Source of the DNA: Acinetobacter wanghuae
GTDB taxonomy: Bacteria > Pseudomonadota > Gammaproteobacteria > Pseudomonadales > Moraxellaceae
Assembly: GCF_009557235.1 (NCBI RefSeq)
Contig: NZ_CP045650.1
Coordinates: 780,001-812,000, forward strand
Direction: 5' to 3'
DNA: 32,000 bases
Position numbers and translations under genes: made by a program. This document shows positions 18,006-27,277 of the stretch, piece by piece. The notes under the pieces are model-generated. The model was given only the letters and a program-made list of their open reading frames with translations. It had not been told where the DNA came from and did not search any database. Position 1 is the stretch's first letter, and each line of letters starts with the position of its first letter.

Positions 18006-19286
18006 ATGAAAACACCTGTGCCCGATTATTTACAGCATGTGCTGTCTGCGTGTAATAACAATCAATCTGGGGCATTGGCAAATTATATTCCTGAGCTGGC
18101 ACAAGCTGACCCCAATAAATTGGCATTAGCATTGTCGACTATTGATGGCACGATCTATTCCACAGGCGATGACACGCTTGAATTTACCATTCAGTCGATG
18201 TCAAAACCTTTTGCTTATGCTTTAGCCCTAAAAACCTTAGGGTTAAACGCAGTCCTTCAAAAGGTCGGGGTTGAGCCATCAGGGGAAGCCTTTAATCAAA
18301 TCTCGCTTGGGCAAGACCAATTGCCAAAAAACCCGATGATTAATTCGGGGGCAATCACCACACACGCATTGCTGCCGCATAAAAAAACCGTATCTCGAGC
18401 AGAGCATTTACGCCGTTTTTTGAGTGAACTGGCAGGACGAGAATTGCAGTTTGATGAAAATGTTTATGCATCGGAAGTCAAAACGGCATTTCGCAATATG
18501 TCTATCGGTTATATGCTCAGAACCGTCGGTGTGATGGATGAAGACCCTGAACAAATCGTCAATGGTTATATTCAGCAGTGTTCCATTAAGGTCACGGTCA
18601 AAGACCTCGCTGCCATGACAAGTGTGCTTGCGAACGGGGGGATACAGCCAAAAACAGGCAAGCGCTTATTAGATCGTGCCATTGTGCGCCAAGTGTTAAG
18701 TGTGATGATGACCTGTGGGATGTACGATGCAGCGGGCGATTGGCTGACCACGGTCGGGATTCCTGCCAAAAGTGGCGTTGCCGGTGGCATTATGGGGGTG
18801 CTCCCCGGTCAAGTCGGCATTGCGGTGTTTTCACCGAAGCTCGACAGCCATGGTAACAGCGTGCGCGGTGTCGAGATTTTTGAGCGACTCTCGAGCGATA
18901 TGGGTTTACATTTGATGGAAGGGACACCTTCGGCACAGACCATTTTGCAAAGCCGTTATAGCATCGGCAAAAAACAAAATGTGATTGTCTATGAACTGCG
19001 CGGTGTCTTGCAATTTACTGAATCGGAAATGTTATTGCGTTTCTTGCAGGATGAACCTCAGGCTAAAAATAAGATTATCTTGGATTTGACTAATTTGACT
19101 TTAATTCATGATGTCGGTGCACGTATGCTGTTTGAAGGCGTAAAGCGCCTAAAAGAAGATGGGCATCAGGTCATTGTCGTAGATTCAGAAGGAGTGCTCA
19201 GCGAAGAACAAGTCAAGGGCAATAAACGTTTGGTGGTAAACGACACACTCGAACACTATCTCGCGCAATTTGAAGAAAAGAAATGA
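18006..19286 (+). CDS. glsA: Glutaminase A with a C-terminal STAS domain
   Basis: The glutaminase core includes YIPELA and the serine-lysine motif QSMSKPF, plus AKSGVAGG. About 110 extra C-terminal residues (VIVYELRGVLQFTESEMLLRFL...ILDLTNLTLIHDVGARMLFEGVKRLKEDGHQVIVVD) follow an SpoIIAA/STAS pattern. Confidence 0.88.
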   Translation: MKTPVPDYLQHVLSACNNNQSGALANYIPELAQADPNKLALALSTIDGTIYSTGDDTLEFTIQSMSKPFAYALALKTLGLNAVLQKVGVEPSGEAFNQISLGQDQLPKNPMINSGAITTHALLPHKKTVSRAEHLRRFLSELAGRELQFDENVYASEVKTAFRNMSIGYMLRTVGVMDEDPEQIVNGYIQQCSIKVTVKDLAAMTSVLANGGIQPKTGKRLLDRAIVRQVLSVMMTCGMYDAAGDWLTTVGIPAKSGVAGGIMGVLPGQVGIAVFSPKLDSHGNSVRGVEIFERLSSDMGLHLMEGTPSAQTILQSRYSIGKKQNVIVYELRGVLQFTESEMLLRFLQDEPQAKNKIILDLTNLTLIHDVGARMLFEGVKRLKEDGHQVIVVDSEGVLSEEQVKGNKRLVVNDTLEHYLAQFEEKK

Positions 19287-19729
19287 GTGCCTTAGCGTTT
19301 GAGTTTAGTTTAAGTGCTGATAGGCTTTTGCTACATATAGATGGACAAAACTTTGAAATCTCAAAAGGGCTGTCTCATATTGCGGCGCAGAGCTTAAAGC
19401 AACAACACTTGAATGCCTTAGCCATTGAACATGCGATAGATGTCATTGAGCAGATGCTAGAGCAACTGCACCTTGATTATGCTGTGCAGCGTATAGGCGT
19501 GAGTCATGATCTTGTACTCAAGCAAATCTTTCATTTATTTTTTCAAGATCAGCATAAAATTGACCGCTTGATGCTCGAACATGCGTTTAACGAATTTATT
19601 GAGCGGACTGAATACTATGTCAGAAAAGTTGATACAGATCAGTTGTCTATTTTTCTCTATTTTATTTTTATACGAGAAATGATGCATCACTTGAATGTGA
19701 TCGACATTGAATACATAGAAACGTCATAA
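19283..19729 (+). CDS. Hypothetical 148-aa protein, translationally coupled to glsA
   Basis: Its ATG overlaps the glsA stop (ATGA at 19283-19286). No motif was recognised. Confidence 0.5.
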   Translation: MSALAFEFSLSADRLLLHIDGQNFEISKGLSHIAAQSLKQQHLNALAIEHAIDVIEQMLEQLHLDYAVQRIGVSHDLVLKQIFHLFFQDQHKIDRLMLEHAFNEFIERTEYYVRKVDTDQLSIFLYFIFIREMMHHLNVIDIEYIETS

Positions 19730-19748
19730 ATCGATGGCAGAGTACAAG

Positions 19749-19778
19749 AAAAAAGCCCTGAATATTCAGGGCTTTTTT
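19749..19778. terminator. Bidirectional rho-independent terminator between convergent genes
   Basis: A perfect 18-nt palindrome GCCCTGAATATTCAGGGC (19755-19772) is flanked by an A6 run and a T6 run. Confidence 0.8.
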
Positions 19779-19803
19779 ATAGAGATTTTATATAGCGTTT
19801 GGT

Positions 19804-21534
19804 TTATTTAATGTGTTCAGCAACATCGCTAAAGATCACACCTAAACCATGTGCACCTGCATCAGGATAGCCTAAGCTGCGATCACCGACCGTACCTGCA
19901 CGACCCATACGCGCGACAATTTCTTTAGTCGACTCTGCACCGGCAACAGCAGCAGCAGCACCAAGGACAAAGTTTTCTTTAAAGCTTTTGTCTGTGTTTG
20001 CTGACCATGAGTCTGCACATGGTACTAGAGCATCAATTAAGGTTTTATCACCCACAACAGCACCGCGACCGAATGAACGTTCACCTGTGGTTTGAATGCC
20101 TTGAACTGCCGCTTGTAGCATCTCAGCAAAATCCGCCACGCTTAGAGTGGTTTTGCCTTTAATGGCTTTACTTGCAGCACGGAATGCTGAACCCCAAATT
20201 GGACCTGACGCACCGCCACAATGTTCCATAATGATCATTGAGCAGTTCAACATAAACTCATCCATATGCTGTGCTTGGATTAAGTCTTGCCATTCACGTT
20301 TTAGCTGTTTAAAGCCTTTTGCCACGCTCATACCGAAGTCGCCGTCGCCTGCGTGAGCATCTAACTCGCAGAAAGGTACTTCATTTTTAATAATACAAGC
20401 AGACATCACATCGACCACATAACGCATATTTTCAATGCTGAACTGTTCATTGCTAATGACCGCGTGTTCAGGCTGTGTTTCCACTTCAATATTTGCGCTA
20501 CGTGCAGCTTTGCTATCTTTGGCTGCAAACTCAAATGCTAACGCAGGTGAGCCATCCATTTTAAATGCAGGGGTATTGGCTTCGGCATCTAAGTAGCCTT
20601 TAAGTTCATCATCAACCGCAAGTAATGACACCGATGCACCGTTCATGTCGATACTGGTCATGTAGTTGCCAACGAATGTACGGTAAATTTTGATCCCTTT
20701 ACGCGCCAAATGCTCGCACACATCATTGTTAAATACATACAGTTCTTGCAGTGGCGTTGTACCAAAACCATTCACCAATACCGCAACTTCCTTCAGGTCA
20801 GGACGGTCAAGGAACAAGTCATCGACAATGCGTTGAGCCAGTTCTTGCGATGGTAAGATTTTTTCACGACGGATACCCGGTTCACCATGAATACCGACGC
20901 CGTATTCCATTTCGTCATCTGCTAAGGTAAACGTTGGCGTACCTTTGGCAGGAACGGTACATGAGCTATAGGCAAAACCAAGGCTAATCACGTTATCTGC
21001 GGCTTTTTGCGCAACGGTTTTCACTTTTGCAAGGTCTAAACCTTTTGATGCTGCTGCGCCGGCAATTTTATGGACGAATACTGTGCCTGCCACACCACGA
21101 CGACCGACTGTGTATAGGCTGTCTTTAACTGCAATGTCATCTGCGACTTTGACATAGTCAACTTTAATACCGTCGTCTGTTGCTAAAGCTGCACCATTCT
21201 GGAAATTCATCATATCGCCAGAATAGTTTTTGATAATCATCAGCACGCCTTTGTCGGTTGCGACTTGGGTCAATGCTTTATAAATTTGAATTTGTGACGG
21301 TGATGCAAAGACATCGCCACACACAGCAGCATCTAACATGCCTGTGCCGACAAAGCCTGCATGTGCAGGTTCGTGACCAGAACCACCACCACTGATGAGT
21401 GCCACATTGTTGTGTTTTTCTTTGCGTGACACGATTTTATAAGATTCGTTAAATGCAAGTTCAGGATGTGCCAGCACGAAGCCTTTGCACATTTCGACAA
21501 CCAAGTTTTCAGGGTTGTTGATGAGTTTTTTCAT
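19804..21534 (-). CDS. ATP-dependent dihydroxyacetone kinase (fused DhaK + DhaL domains)
   Basis: The 576-aa protein has the N-terminal DhaK motif GGGSGHEPAHAGFVG and the C-terminal DhaL nucleotide-binding motif DAHAGDGDFG. Confidence 0.92.
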   Translation of the reverse strand: MKKLINNPENLVVEMCKGFVLAHPELAFNESYKIVSRKEKHNNVALISGGGSGHEPAHAGFVGTGMLDAAVCGDVFASPSQIQIYKALTQVATDKGVLMIIKNYSGDMMNFQNGAALATDDGIKVDYVKVADDIAVKDSLYTVGRRGVAGTVFVHKIAGAAASKGLDLAKVKTVAQKAADNVISLGFAYSSCTVPAKGTPTFTLADDEMEYGVGIHGEPGIRREKILPSQELAQRIVDDLFLDRPDLKEVAVLVNGFGTTPLQELYVFNNDVCEHLARKGIKIYRTFVGNYMTSIDMNGASVSLLAVDDELKGYLDAEANTPAFKMDGSPALAFEFAAKDSKAARSANIEVETQPEHAVISNEQFSIENMRYVVDVMSACIIKNEVPFCELDAHAGDGDFGMSVAKGFKQLKREWQDLIQAQHMDEFMLNCSMIIMEHCGGASGPIWGSAFRAASKAIKGKTTLSVADFAEMLQAAVQGIQTTGERSFGRGAVVGDKTLIDALVPCADSWSANTDKSFKENFVLGAAAAVAGAESTKEIVARMGRAGTVGDRSLGYPDAGAHGLGVIFSDVAEHIK

Positions 21535-21681
21535 GGAGGGAAACCTTCACGTGTATTTGGGAGAGTTCTAAATGTGGCTATTATCCTAGAAAGTGAGGTT
21601 TTTTGCAGAACTAAAAATGTAAAAACAGATGATTTGACGTTGAGCGGTTAGAAAAAGGGCGTTAATTTGATAAATTAAATC

Positions 21682-21702
21682 CCTCCCTTTAATAAAGGGA
21701 GG
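21682..21702. repeat. REP-like perfect palindrome CCTCCCTTTA-A-TAAAGGGAGG
   Basis: It has 10-bp arms and lies at the left edge of the AT-rich islet. It closely resembles the palindrome at 22981-23001. Confidence 0.55.
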
Positions 21703-21734
21703 AGCTGTCACGTAATTCATTTGCTACGTGGAAT

Positions 21735-21778
21735 TCCCCTCTTTTCCCTTGCGCCATATATGGCTCAGGGCTAGGGGA
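21735..21778. repeat. Long imperfect REP-like hairpin
   Basis: TCCCCT (21735-21740) pairs with AGGGGA (21773-21778), CCCT with AGGG inside that, and the centre is a perfect palindrome GCCATATATGGC (21753-21764). Confidence 0.45.
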
Positions 21779-22147
21779 GATTTAAAATAAAGGAAAATAA
21801 AAATGAAACCCTACAATAAAAACTTAAAACAAGTGTTGTGTGAGTTGCGCTAAAAATATTTTTAAGGAGTAGTACAGAATTTTCCAACTTAATAAGATTT
21901 TTATTAATACAGTTAATTGATTTTCATCTTGTAAAATAACGATTAGAAATTTTTGTAGGGATAGTAGTATGGGTTTTTTCGATATGTTGTTTTCGGGTAT
22001 TGGATCATTATTCAGTGCTGCGGTAAGTGTGGTTTCGGAAGTCGTTTCTACAGTAAAAACTTTTTTTCTGCTAAAGACGTTGTAACTAAAACCGTTAACG
22101 AAAATAAGAATAAAAAAATAGATGAAATTCATGATATTAACGATGAG

Positions 22148-22891
22148 TTGATTTATCTAAAACGTAAGGTGAAAGACTATGGTTACATCACGGAGCAACA
22201 GAAAAAAAGAATAAATGACCTGGAGGAGAAGCAAACATATATTCGAGATGAAATTAATCAGAGTCGCCAAATTTTATCTGCTGACAAGTTTCAATCAAAT
22301 GTGCAGAACATTGAGAAAGTTGACATAGGACATGAAACAACACATGTTCTGCAATGGAATGCCTTTGCGGATACTATGGCAAAGAAATGCCCTAAATGTT
22401 CTAGACCTATGAAATTACAGTGGGCTAGAGAACTTTCATATGTAAGTCCAACAGATTTTTACTGGGGATGTACAGGTTGGTATTTTCAAAGTAATCAAAT
22501 AAAAGGATGTAAATTTACTCAAAGGCTAACTAAAGATGACCTTTCATTGATGACCGATGTCTCTGCACCTGAGTTTGAATTATCTTCACAAGATTTTAAT
22601 ATCATTCTTCATGATCCAAATACATCTGAAAGTATTCTTGAAAGAATGGATGATCTTCAAGCTGATCTGAGATCAAAGAAAAAAGGGATTGATATAGTTT
22701 GCTGTCCAATCCATGCAGAACCTATGGTTCTACAGAAAAAAAGAAATGGTGTGGGGCTTTTAGACCAATATTATTTAAGATGTGCTCATTGGGCTCAAAA
22801 TGACCAAGGTTGCAACTATATTGAAAAATTAAAATCAGGATCTCAACTTGCGGCTCTATTAAAAAATCAAACAGGTATAGGAATTTTATAA
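22148..22891 (+). CDS. Coiled-coil protein with two topoisomerase-type (zf-C4_Topoisom-like) zinc ribbons
   Basis: The first ribbon is CPKCSRPMKLQ...FYWGCTGWYFQSNQIKGCKFTQ. The second is a degenerate copy, CCPIHAEPMVLQ...YYLRCAHWAQNDQGCNYIE. The track start is a TTG with a poor RBS, and the frame is open upstream to 21968 (see the frameshift finding). Confidence 0.6.
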   Translation: MIYLKRKVKDYGYITEQQKKRINDLEEKQTYIRDEINQSRQILSADKFQSNVQNIEKVDIGHETTHVLQWNAFADTMAKKCPKCSRPMKLQWARELSYVSPTDFYWGCTGWYFQSNQIKGCKFTQRLTKDDLSLMTDVSAPEFELSSQDFNIILHDPNTSESILERMDDLQADLRSKKKGIDIVCCPIHAEPMVLQKKRNGVGLLDQYYLRCAHWAQNDQGCNYIEKLKSGSQLAALLKNQTGIGIL

Positions 22892-22948
22892 TTTAAATTC
22901 TGAATTGGACTGTTGCATCTAGAATTAATTTTAAATTTTACTGAATTA

Positions 22949-22977
22949 AAAAATCCCCTCAATCGAGGGGATTTTTT
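22949..22977. terminator. Bidirectional rho-independent terminator (zinc-ribbon gene and metH)
   Basis: ATCCCCTC (22953-22960) pairs with GAGGGGAT (22965-22972) around an AATC loop. An A run lies upstream and a T6 run downstream. Confidence 0.75.
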
Positions 22978-22980
22978 ATT

Positions 22981-23010
22981 CCCTCCTTTATTAAAGGAGG
23001 GTTAGGGAGG
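22981..23010. repeat. REP-like three-arm element
   Basis: A perfect palindrome CCCTCCTTTA-T-TAAAGGAGGG (22981-23001) is followed by TTA and a third arm GGGAGG. It sits just downstream of the metH stop. Confidence 0.55.
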
Positions 23011-23022
23011 ATTTAGAGATAC

Positions 23023-26000
23023 TTAAACCACTGAATCATCCAAATTCGGCGCTAACCAACGTTTCGCCTCATCCAACGTCCAACCCTTACGCTTCGCATA
23101 ATCTTCGAGCTGATCGCCAGAGATTTTACCCACGTTAAAGTATTCGGTTTCAGGGTTGGCATAGTAGAAACCGCTGACACTTGAAGGTGGCCACATTGCA
23201 AAGCTAGACGTTAAGTAAGTCCCGATCTTATCAGTCGTACCTAACCAATCAAACAATGGTGCTTTTTCCGAATGCTCAGGACAAGCAGGGTAGCCCGGTG
23301 CAGGACGAATACCCACATACTTCTCTTTAATCAAATCATCATTCGTTAAAGTTTCAGAAGCTTGATAGCCCCAGAACTCTTTACGAATACGTTGGTGAAG
23401 ATGCTCGGCAAAGGCTTCAGCAAAACGATCACCCAAGGCTTGTACCAAGATCGCGTTATAGTCATCACCTTTGGCTTTGTAGTCTTGCGACATTTCTTCA
23501 GCACCAAAGATCGAAACTGTAAAGCCACCCAAGTAGTCTTGAGCGACATCTTTCGGTGCAACAAAGTCAGCCAAAGAGTAATTTGCTTTACCAGTCACTT
23601 TGTCAGACTGCTGACGTAAATGCTCGAAGGTATGAGTCACATTGCCCGTTTCATCTGCAACAGCAACAGTGTCGCTTGCAACACGGTTGGCAGGGTAAAT
23701 ACTGAATGTGGCACGGGCATCAAAACGTTTATTCTCAATAATGTCTTTTAGCATGGCTTGTGCATTTTCGAACAAATCACGAGCCGCTTCACCCACGACT
23801 TCATCTTCAAGAATTTTTGGGAATTTACCCGCCAAGCTCCAAGAAATAAAGAACGGTGTCCAGTCGAAGTAGTCAACCAACGTTTCTAATGGATAATTGG
23901 TAAATGTTTCCGAACCAATAAAGTTCGGCTTCACAGGTGCATGTTTTTCAAAATCAATTTTGAAACCATTTTCAACCGACTGTGCATACGCCAATTTGGC
24001 AGCTTTCGGTTGTTTATTGGCTAAACGCACACGGATTTTTTCATAATCCGCAGCATAGTCGGCTGCCAATTGCGGTTTCATTTCCGCAGAAAGTAATTGT
24101 GTTGCAACACCCACAGCACGAGAAGCATCTGCTGTATAGAACACACCATCATTTTGATATTGTGGTGAAATTTTCACAGCAGTATGTGCTTTAGAAGTGG
24201 TCGCACCACCAATCATCAATGGAATATTAAAGCCTTTACGTTGCATTTCTTTGGCAACAAAAACCATTTCATCCAATGACGGGGTAATCAAACCTGACAA
24301 ACCGATGATGTCGACTTTTTCATCAATCGCAGTTTGTAGAATTTTTTCACACGGCACCATCACGCCAAGGTCAACGATGTCATAGCCGTTACAGCCGAGT
24401 ACAACACCAACAATATTTTTACCAATGTCGTGTACGTCGCCTTTAACCGTTGCAAGCAAGATTTTACCTTTTGCTTCGGCTTGGGTTTTTTCAGCTTCGA
24501 TGTACGGGTTGAGCCAAGCTACGGCTTGTTTCATGACACGTGCCGATTTAACCACTTGCGGTAAGAACATTTTGCCGGCACCAAACAAATCGCCAACCAC
24601 GTTCATACCTGCCATCAGTGGACCTTCAATCACATCCAATGGGCGCGTTGCTTCTAAGCGAGCTTCTTCAGTATCTTGATCAATATACGTGGTGATACCT
24701 TTGACAAGCGCATATTCAAGACGTTTTGCAACTGACTCATTACGCCATTCAAGGTTTTCTTCGGCTTTTTGTGCACCTGCTTGACCACGGTATTTTTCAG
24801 CAACAGTGAGTAGTTTTTCTGTTGCATCTTGACCGCTTTCACCTTGGTTACGGTTTAAAACGACATTTTCAACCGCTTCTTTGAGTTCCGCATCAATGTC
24901 ATCGTAAATGGCCATTTGACCGGCATTTACAATCCCCATGGTCATACCTTGCTGAATCGCATGGTATAAGAACACCGAGTGAATCGCTTCACGTACTGGC
25001 TCATTGCCACGGAATGAGAAGGATACGTTAGACACACCACCTGAAATCATCGCATTCGGTAGGTTTTGTTTAATCCAACCGGTCGCTTCAATAAAGTCGA
25101 CGCCATAGTTGTTGTGTTCTTCAATCCCCGTTGCCACTGCAAACACGTTCGGGTCAAAGATAATATCTTCAGAAGGGAAGCCGACTTCGTTGACCAGCAC
25201 ATCATAAGAGCGCTTACAAATGGCTTTTTTACGTTCTGCGGTATCGGCTTGGCCATCTTCATCAAATGCCATCACGATCACGGCTGCACCATACTGACGG
25301 CAAAGGCGCGCACGTTCTACAAACTCGTCATAACCTTCTTTTAAGGAAATCGAGTTCACAATGGCTTTACCTTGCACGCATTTTAAACCGGCTTCAATAA
25401 TGTCCCATTTTGATGAGTCAATCATGATCGGCACACGTGAGATATCAGGCTCAGACGCGACCAAATTCAAGAAGTGCACCATTGCACCTTGTGAATCGAG
25501 CATGCCTTCATCCATATTGATATCGATGATTTGCGCACCGGCTTCAACTTGTTGACGTGCAACGTCTAAGGCTTCGGCAAAGTTTTCTTCTTTAATGAGG
25601 CGAAGGAATTTTTTAGAACCCGTGACATTGGTACGTTCACCGACGTTCACAAAGAGTGAATCTTGCGTGATGTTAAATGCTTCTAAACCACTTAAACGAC
25701 ATGCAGGCGCAATCTCAGGAATTTGACGTGGTGCAATGCCTTCAACAGCTTGCGCAATCGCGCGAATATGGTCTGGCGTGGTACCACAGCAACCACCGGT
25801 AATATTAATTAAACCACTTTCTGCAAATTCTTTAATAAATGCGGCGGTTTCTTCAGGTGTTTCATCATAACCACCAAAGGCATTTGGTAAGCCTGCGTTT
25901 GGATGTGCTGACACAAAGGTATCGGCAACGTCAGATACCGTTTTCACATGTGGACGCATTGCATCTGCACCAAGCGCACAGTTAAAACCAATTGAGATTG

Positions 26001-26709
26001 GTTCAGCATGGCGCATCGAGTTCCAGAACGCTTCTGCGGTTTGACCAGTTAAAGTACGACCTGAGGCATCGGTAATCGTACCTGAAATCATAATTGGTAA
26101 TTCATAACCCAATTCTTTAAAGACTTCTTTAACCGCAAAGATCGCAGCTTTGGCATTTAAGGTATCAAAGACCGTTTCGATCAGGATGATATCGACACCA
26201 CCTTCAATCAAGGCTTTGGTCGATTCGATATAGTCGACTTTAAGTGCATCAAAAGTGATATTACGGAATGCAGGATCGTTTACGTTTGGCGAAATAGACG
26301 TGGTGCGTGAAGTCGGACCAATCACACCTGCCACAAAACGTGGTTTTTCAGGCGTTGAATATTTGGCACATGCTTCTTTGGCAAGACGCGCAGCAGTACG
26401 GTTAATTTCGGGCACTAAATCTTGCATGTGGTAGTCAGACATCGAAACACGCGTACCATTAAAGGTGTTGGTTTCAATAATGTCTGCACCCGCTTCAAGA
26501 TAAGCTTCGTGAATGCCTTGAATAATCTGCGGCTGAGTTAAAACCAGTAAGTCGTTATTACCTTTAAGGTCGTATGCCCAATCTGCAAAACGCTCACCAC
26601 GATAATCGGCTTCTTCCAATTTATGGCGTTGGATCATGGTACCCATCGCACCATCGATAATTAAAATTCTCTTGGTAAGAAGTTCTTTTAGTGTGGCAAG
26701 TGTGGACAT
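23023..26709 (-). CDS. metH: Cobalamin-dependent methionine synthase
   Basis: The 1228-aa protein has all four modules: homocysteine-binding, pterin-binding, the B12-binding motif [11 protein letters not shown] (DxHxxG), and the AdoMet reactivation domain. Confidence 0.97.
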   Translation of the reverse strand: MSTLATLKELLTKRILIIDGAMGTMIQRHKLEEADYRGERFADWAYDLKGNNDLLVLTQPQIIQGIHEAYLEAGADIIETNTFNGTRVSMSDYHMQDLVPEINRTAARLAKEACAKYSTPEKPRFVAGVIGPTSRTTSISPNVNDPAFRNITFDALKVDYIESTKALIEGGVDIILIETVFDTLNAKAAIFAVKEVFKELGYELPIMISGTITDASGRTLTGQTAEAFWNSMRHAEPISIGFNCALGADAMRPHVKTVSDVADTFVSAHPNAGLPNAFGGYDETPEETAAFIKEFAESGLINITGGCCGTTPDHIRAIAQAVEGIAPRQIPEIAPACRLSGLEAFNITQDSLFVNVGERTNVTGSKKFLRLIKEENFAEALDVARQQVEAGAQIIDINMDEGMLDSQGAMVHFLNLVASEPDISRVPIMIDSSKWDIIEAGLKCVQGKAIVNSISLKEGYDEFVERARLCRQYGAAVIVMAFDEDGQADTAERKKAICKRSYDVLVNEVGFPSEDIIFDPNVFAVATGIEEHNNYGVDFIEATGWIKQNLPNAMISGGVSNVSFSFRGNEPVREAIHSVFLYHAIQQGMTMGIVNAGQMAIYDDIDAELKEAVENVVLNRNQGESGQDATEKLLTVAEKYRGQAGAQKAEENLEWRNESVAKRLEYALVKGITTYIDQDTEEARLEATRPLDVIEGPLMAGMNVVGDLFGAGKMFLPQVVKSARVMKQAVAWLNPYIEAEKTQAEAKGKILLATVKGDVHDIGKNIVGVVLGCNGYDIVDLGVMVPCEKILQTAIDEKVDIIGLSGLITPSLDEMVFVAKEMQRKGFNIPLMIGGATTSKAHTAVKISPQYQNDGVFYTADASRAVGVATQLLSAEMKPQLAADYAADYEKIRVRLANKQPKAAKLAYAQSVENGFKIDFEKHAPVKPNFIGSETFTNYPLETLVDYFDWTPFFISWSLAGKFPKILEDEVVGEAARDLFENAQAMLKDIIENKRFDARATFSIYPANRVASDTVAVADETGNVTHTFEHLRQQSDKVTGKANYSLADFVAPKDVAQDYLGGFTVSIFGAEEMSQDYKAKGDDYNAILVQALGDRFAEAFAEHLHQRIRKEFWGYQASETLTNDDLIKEKYVGIRPAPGYPACPEHSEKAPLFDWLGTTDKIGTYLTSSFAMWPPSSVSGFYYANPETEYFNVGKISGDQLEDYAKRKGWTLDEAKRWLAPNLDDSVV

Positions 26710-27211
26710 TCAAACTTTCTCAGCAGAAATCAAAAACATCGGTCATCTTAGCAGAATTAAACCGTGAATTCTGCGGCTCATTCCTCAGAAAGATGGATAT
26801 ACATGATATGAAAATTTGATAAGTCTTTTTGTCTATTTTAGTGATTTAGGGCATTGTCTTATGCATTGAATCTATATCATTCAGTTCAAATGAGACTGAT
26901 GTTTGGGTTGGAAGTCTGTTTGTATAAGTGATAAGAGATTGAACTGAGCATTTTTTTAAAATACATAGATATGCGCATCCTAAAGCATTGATTCGATGAC
27001 AGATTGCACAGCCGTAATGATTTGTCATAAATATGACAATATATTATTGCAAAACTGACATATCTTGAAGGGATAACCTAGTCATGATGGTTTTAATTTA
27101 AATATTTATTAAATTATTGATATTTATTACTATAATTTGGTTTGAATACATTATTTTTGGGCTTTTATTTTTAGAAAAATGCCCCTGCAATCAGCGACCG
27201 ATAACAGTGCT

Positions 27212-27229
27212 TTGTCATATAATTGTCAC
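27212..27229 (+). promoter_or_regulatory. Pho-box-like site upstream of the phosphate transporter gene
   Basis: TTGTCATATAATTGTCAC matches the E. coli Pho box consensus CTGTCATAWAWCTGTCAY at 16 of 18 positions (hand alignment). It ends 48 nt upstream of the ATG at 27278. Confidence 0.35.
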
Positions 27230-27277
27230 AATTAAAATGAACAATAGAGTCATTCTGAATCTTTTATTCCTGCTTGA

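Noticed and set aside
21824-22132. 102-aa minus-strand ORF in the AT-rich islet
   Set aside because: It is antisense to the open upstream extension of the zinc-ribbon frame. Its peptide is Ile/Leu/Phe/Lys-rich, as expected from translating AT-rich DNA, and no RBS is present.
23346-25555. Numerous 62-92-aa ORFs inside metH
   Set aside because: They are shadow ORFs of a 1228-aa gene with all four MetH modules recognisable.
26710-26900. Possible cobalamin riboswitch or MetR box upstream of metH, including the palindrome TGAAT-N7-ATTCA at 26867-26883
   Set aside because: No B12-box-like sequence or conserved riboswitch stems were seen by eye. The palindrome spacing does not fit the MetR consensus TGAA-N5-TTCA. 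It may bind some regulator, but I cannot support an assignment.
26846-27028. 60-aa Cys-rich minus-strand ORF in the metH/pit intergenic region
   Set aside because: It has no convincing RBS and no recognisable motif, and it sits in promoter-rich AT-rich DNA. I treat it as a chance ORF.
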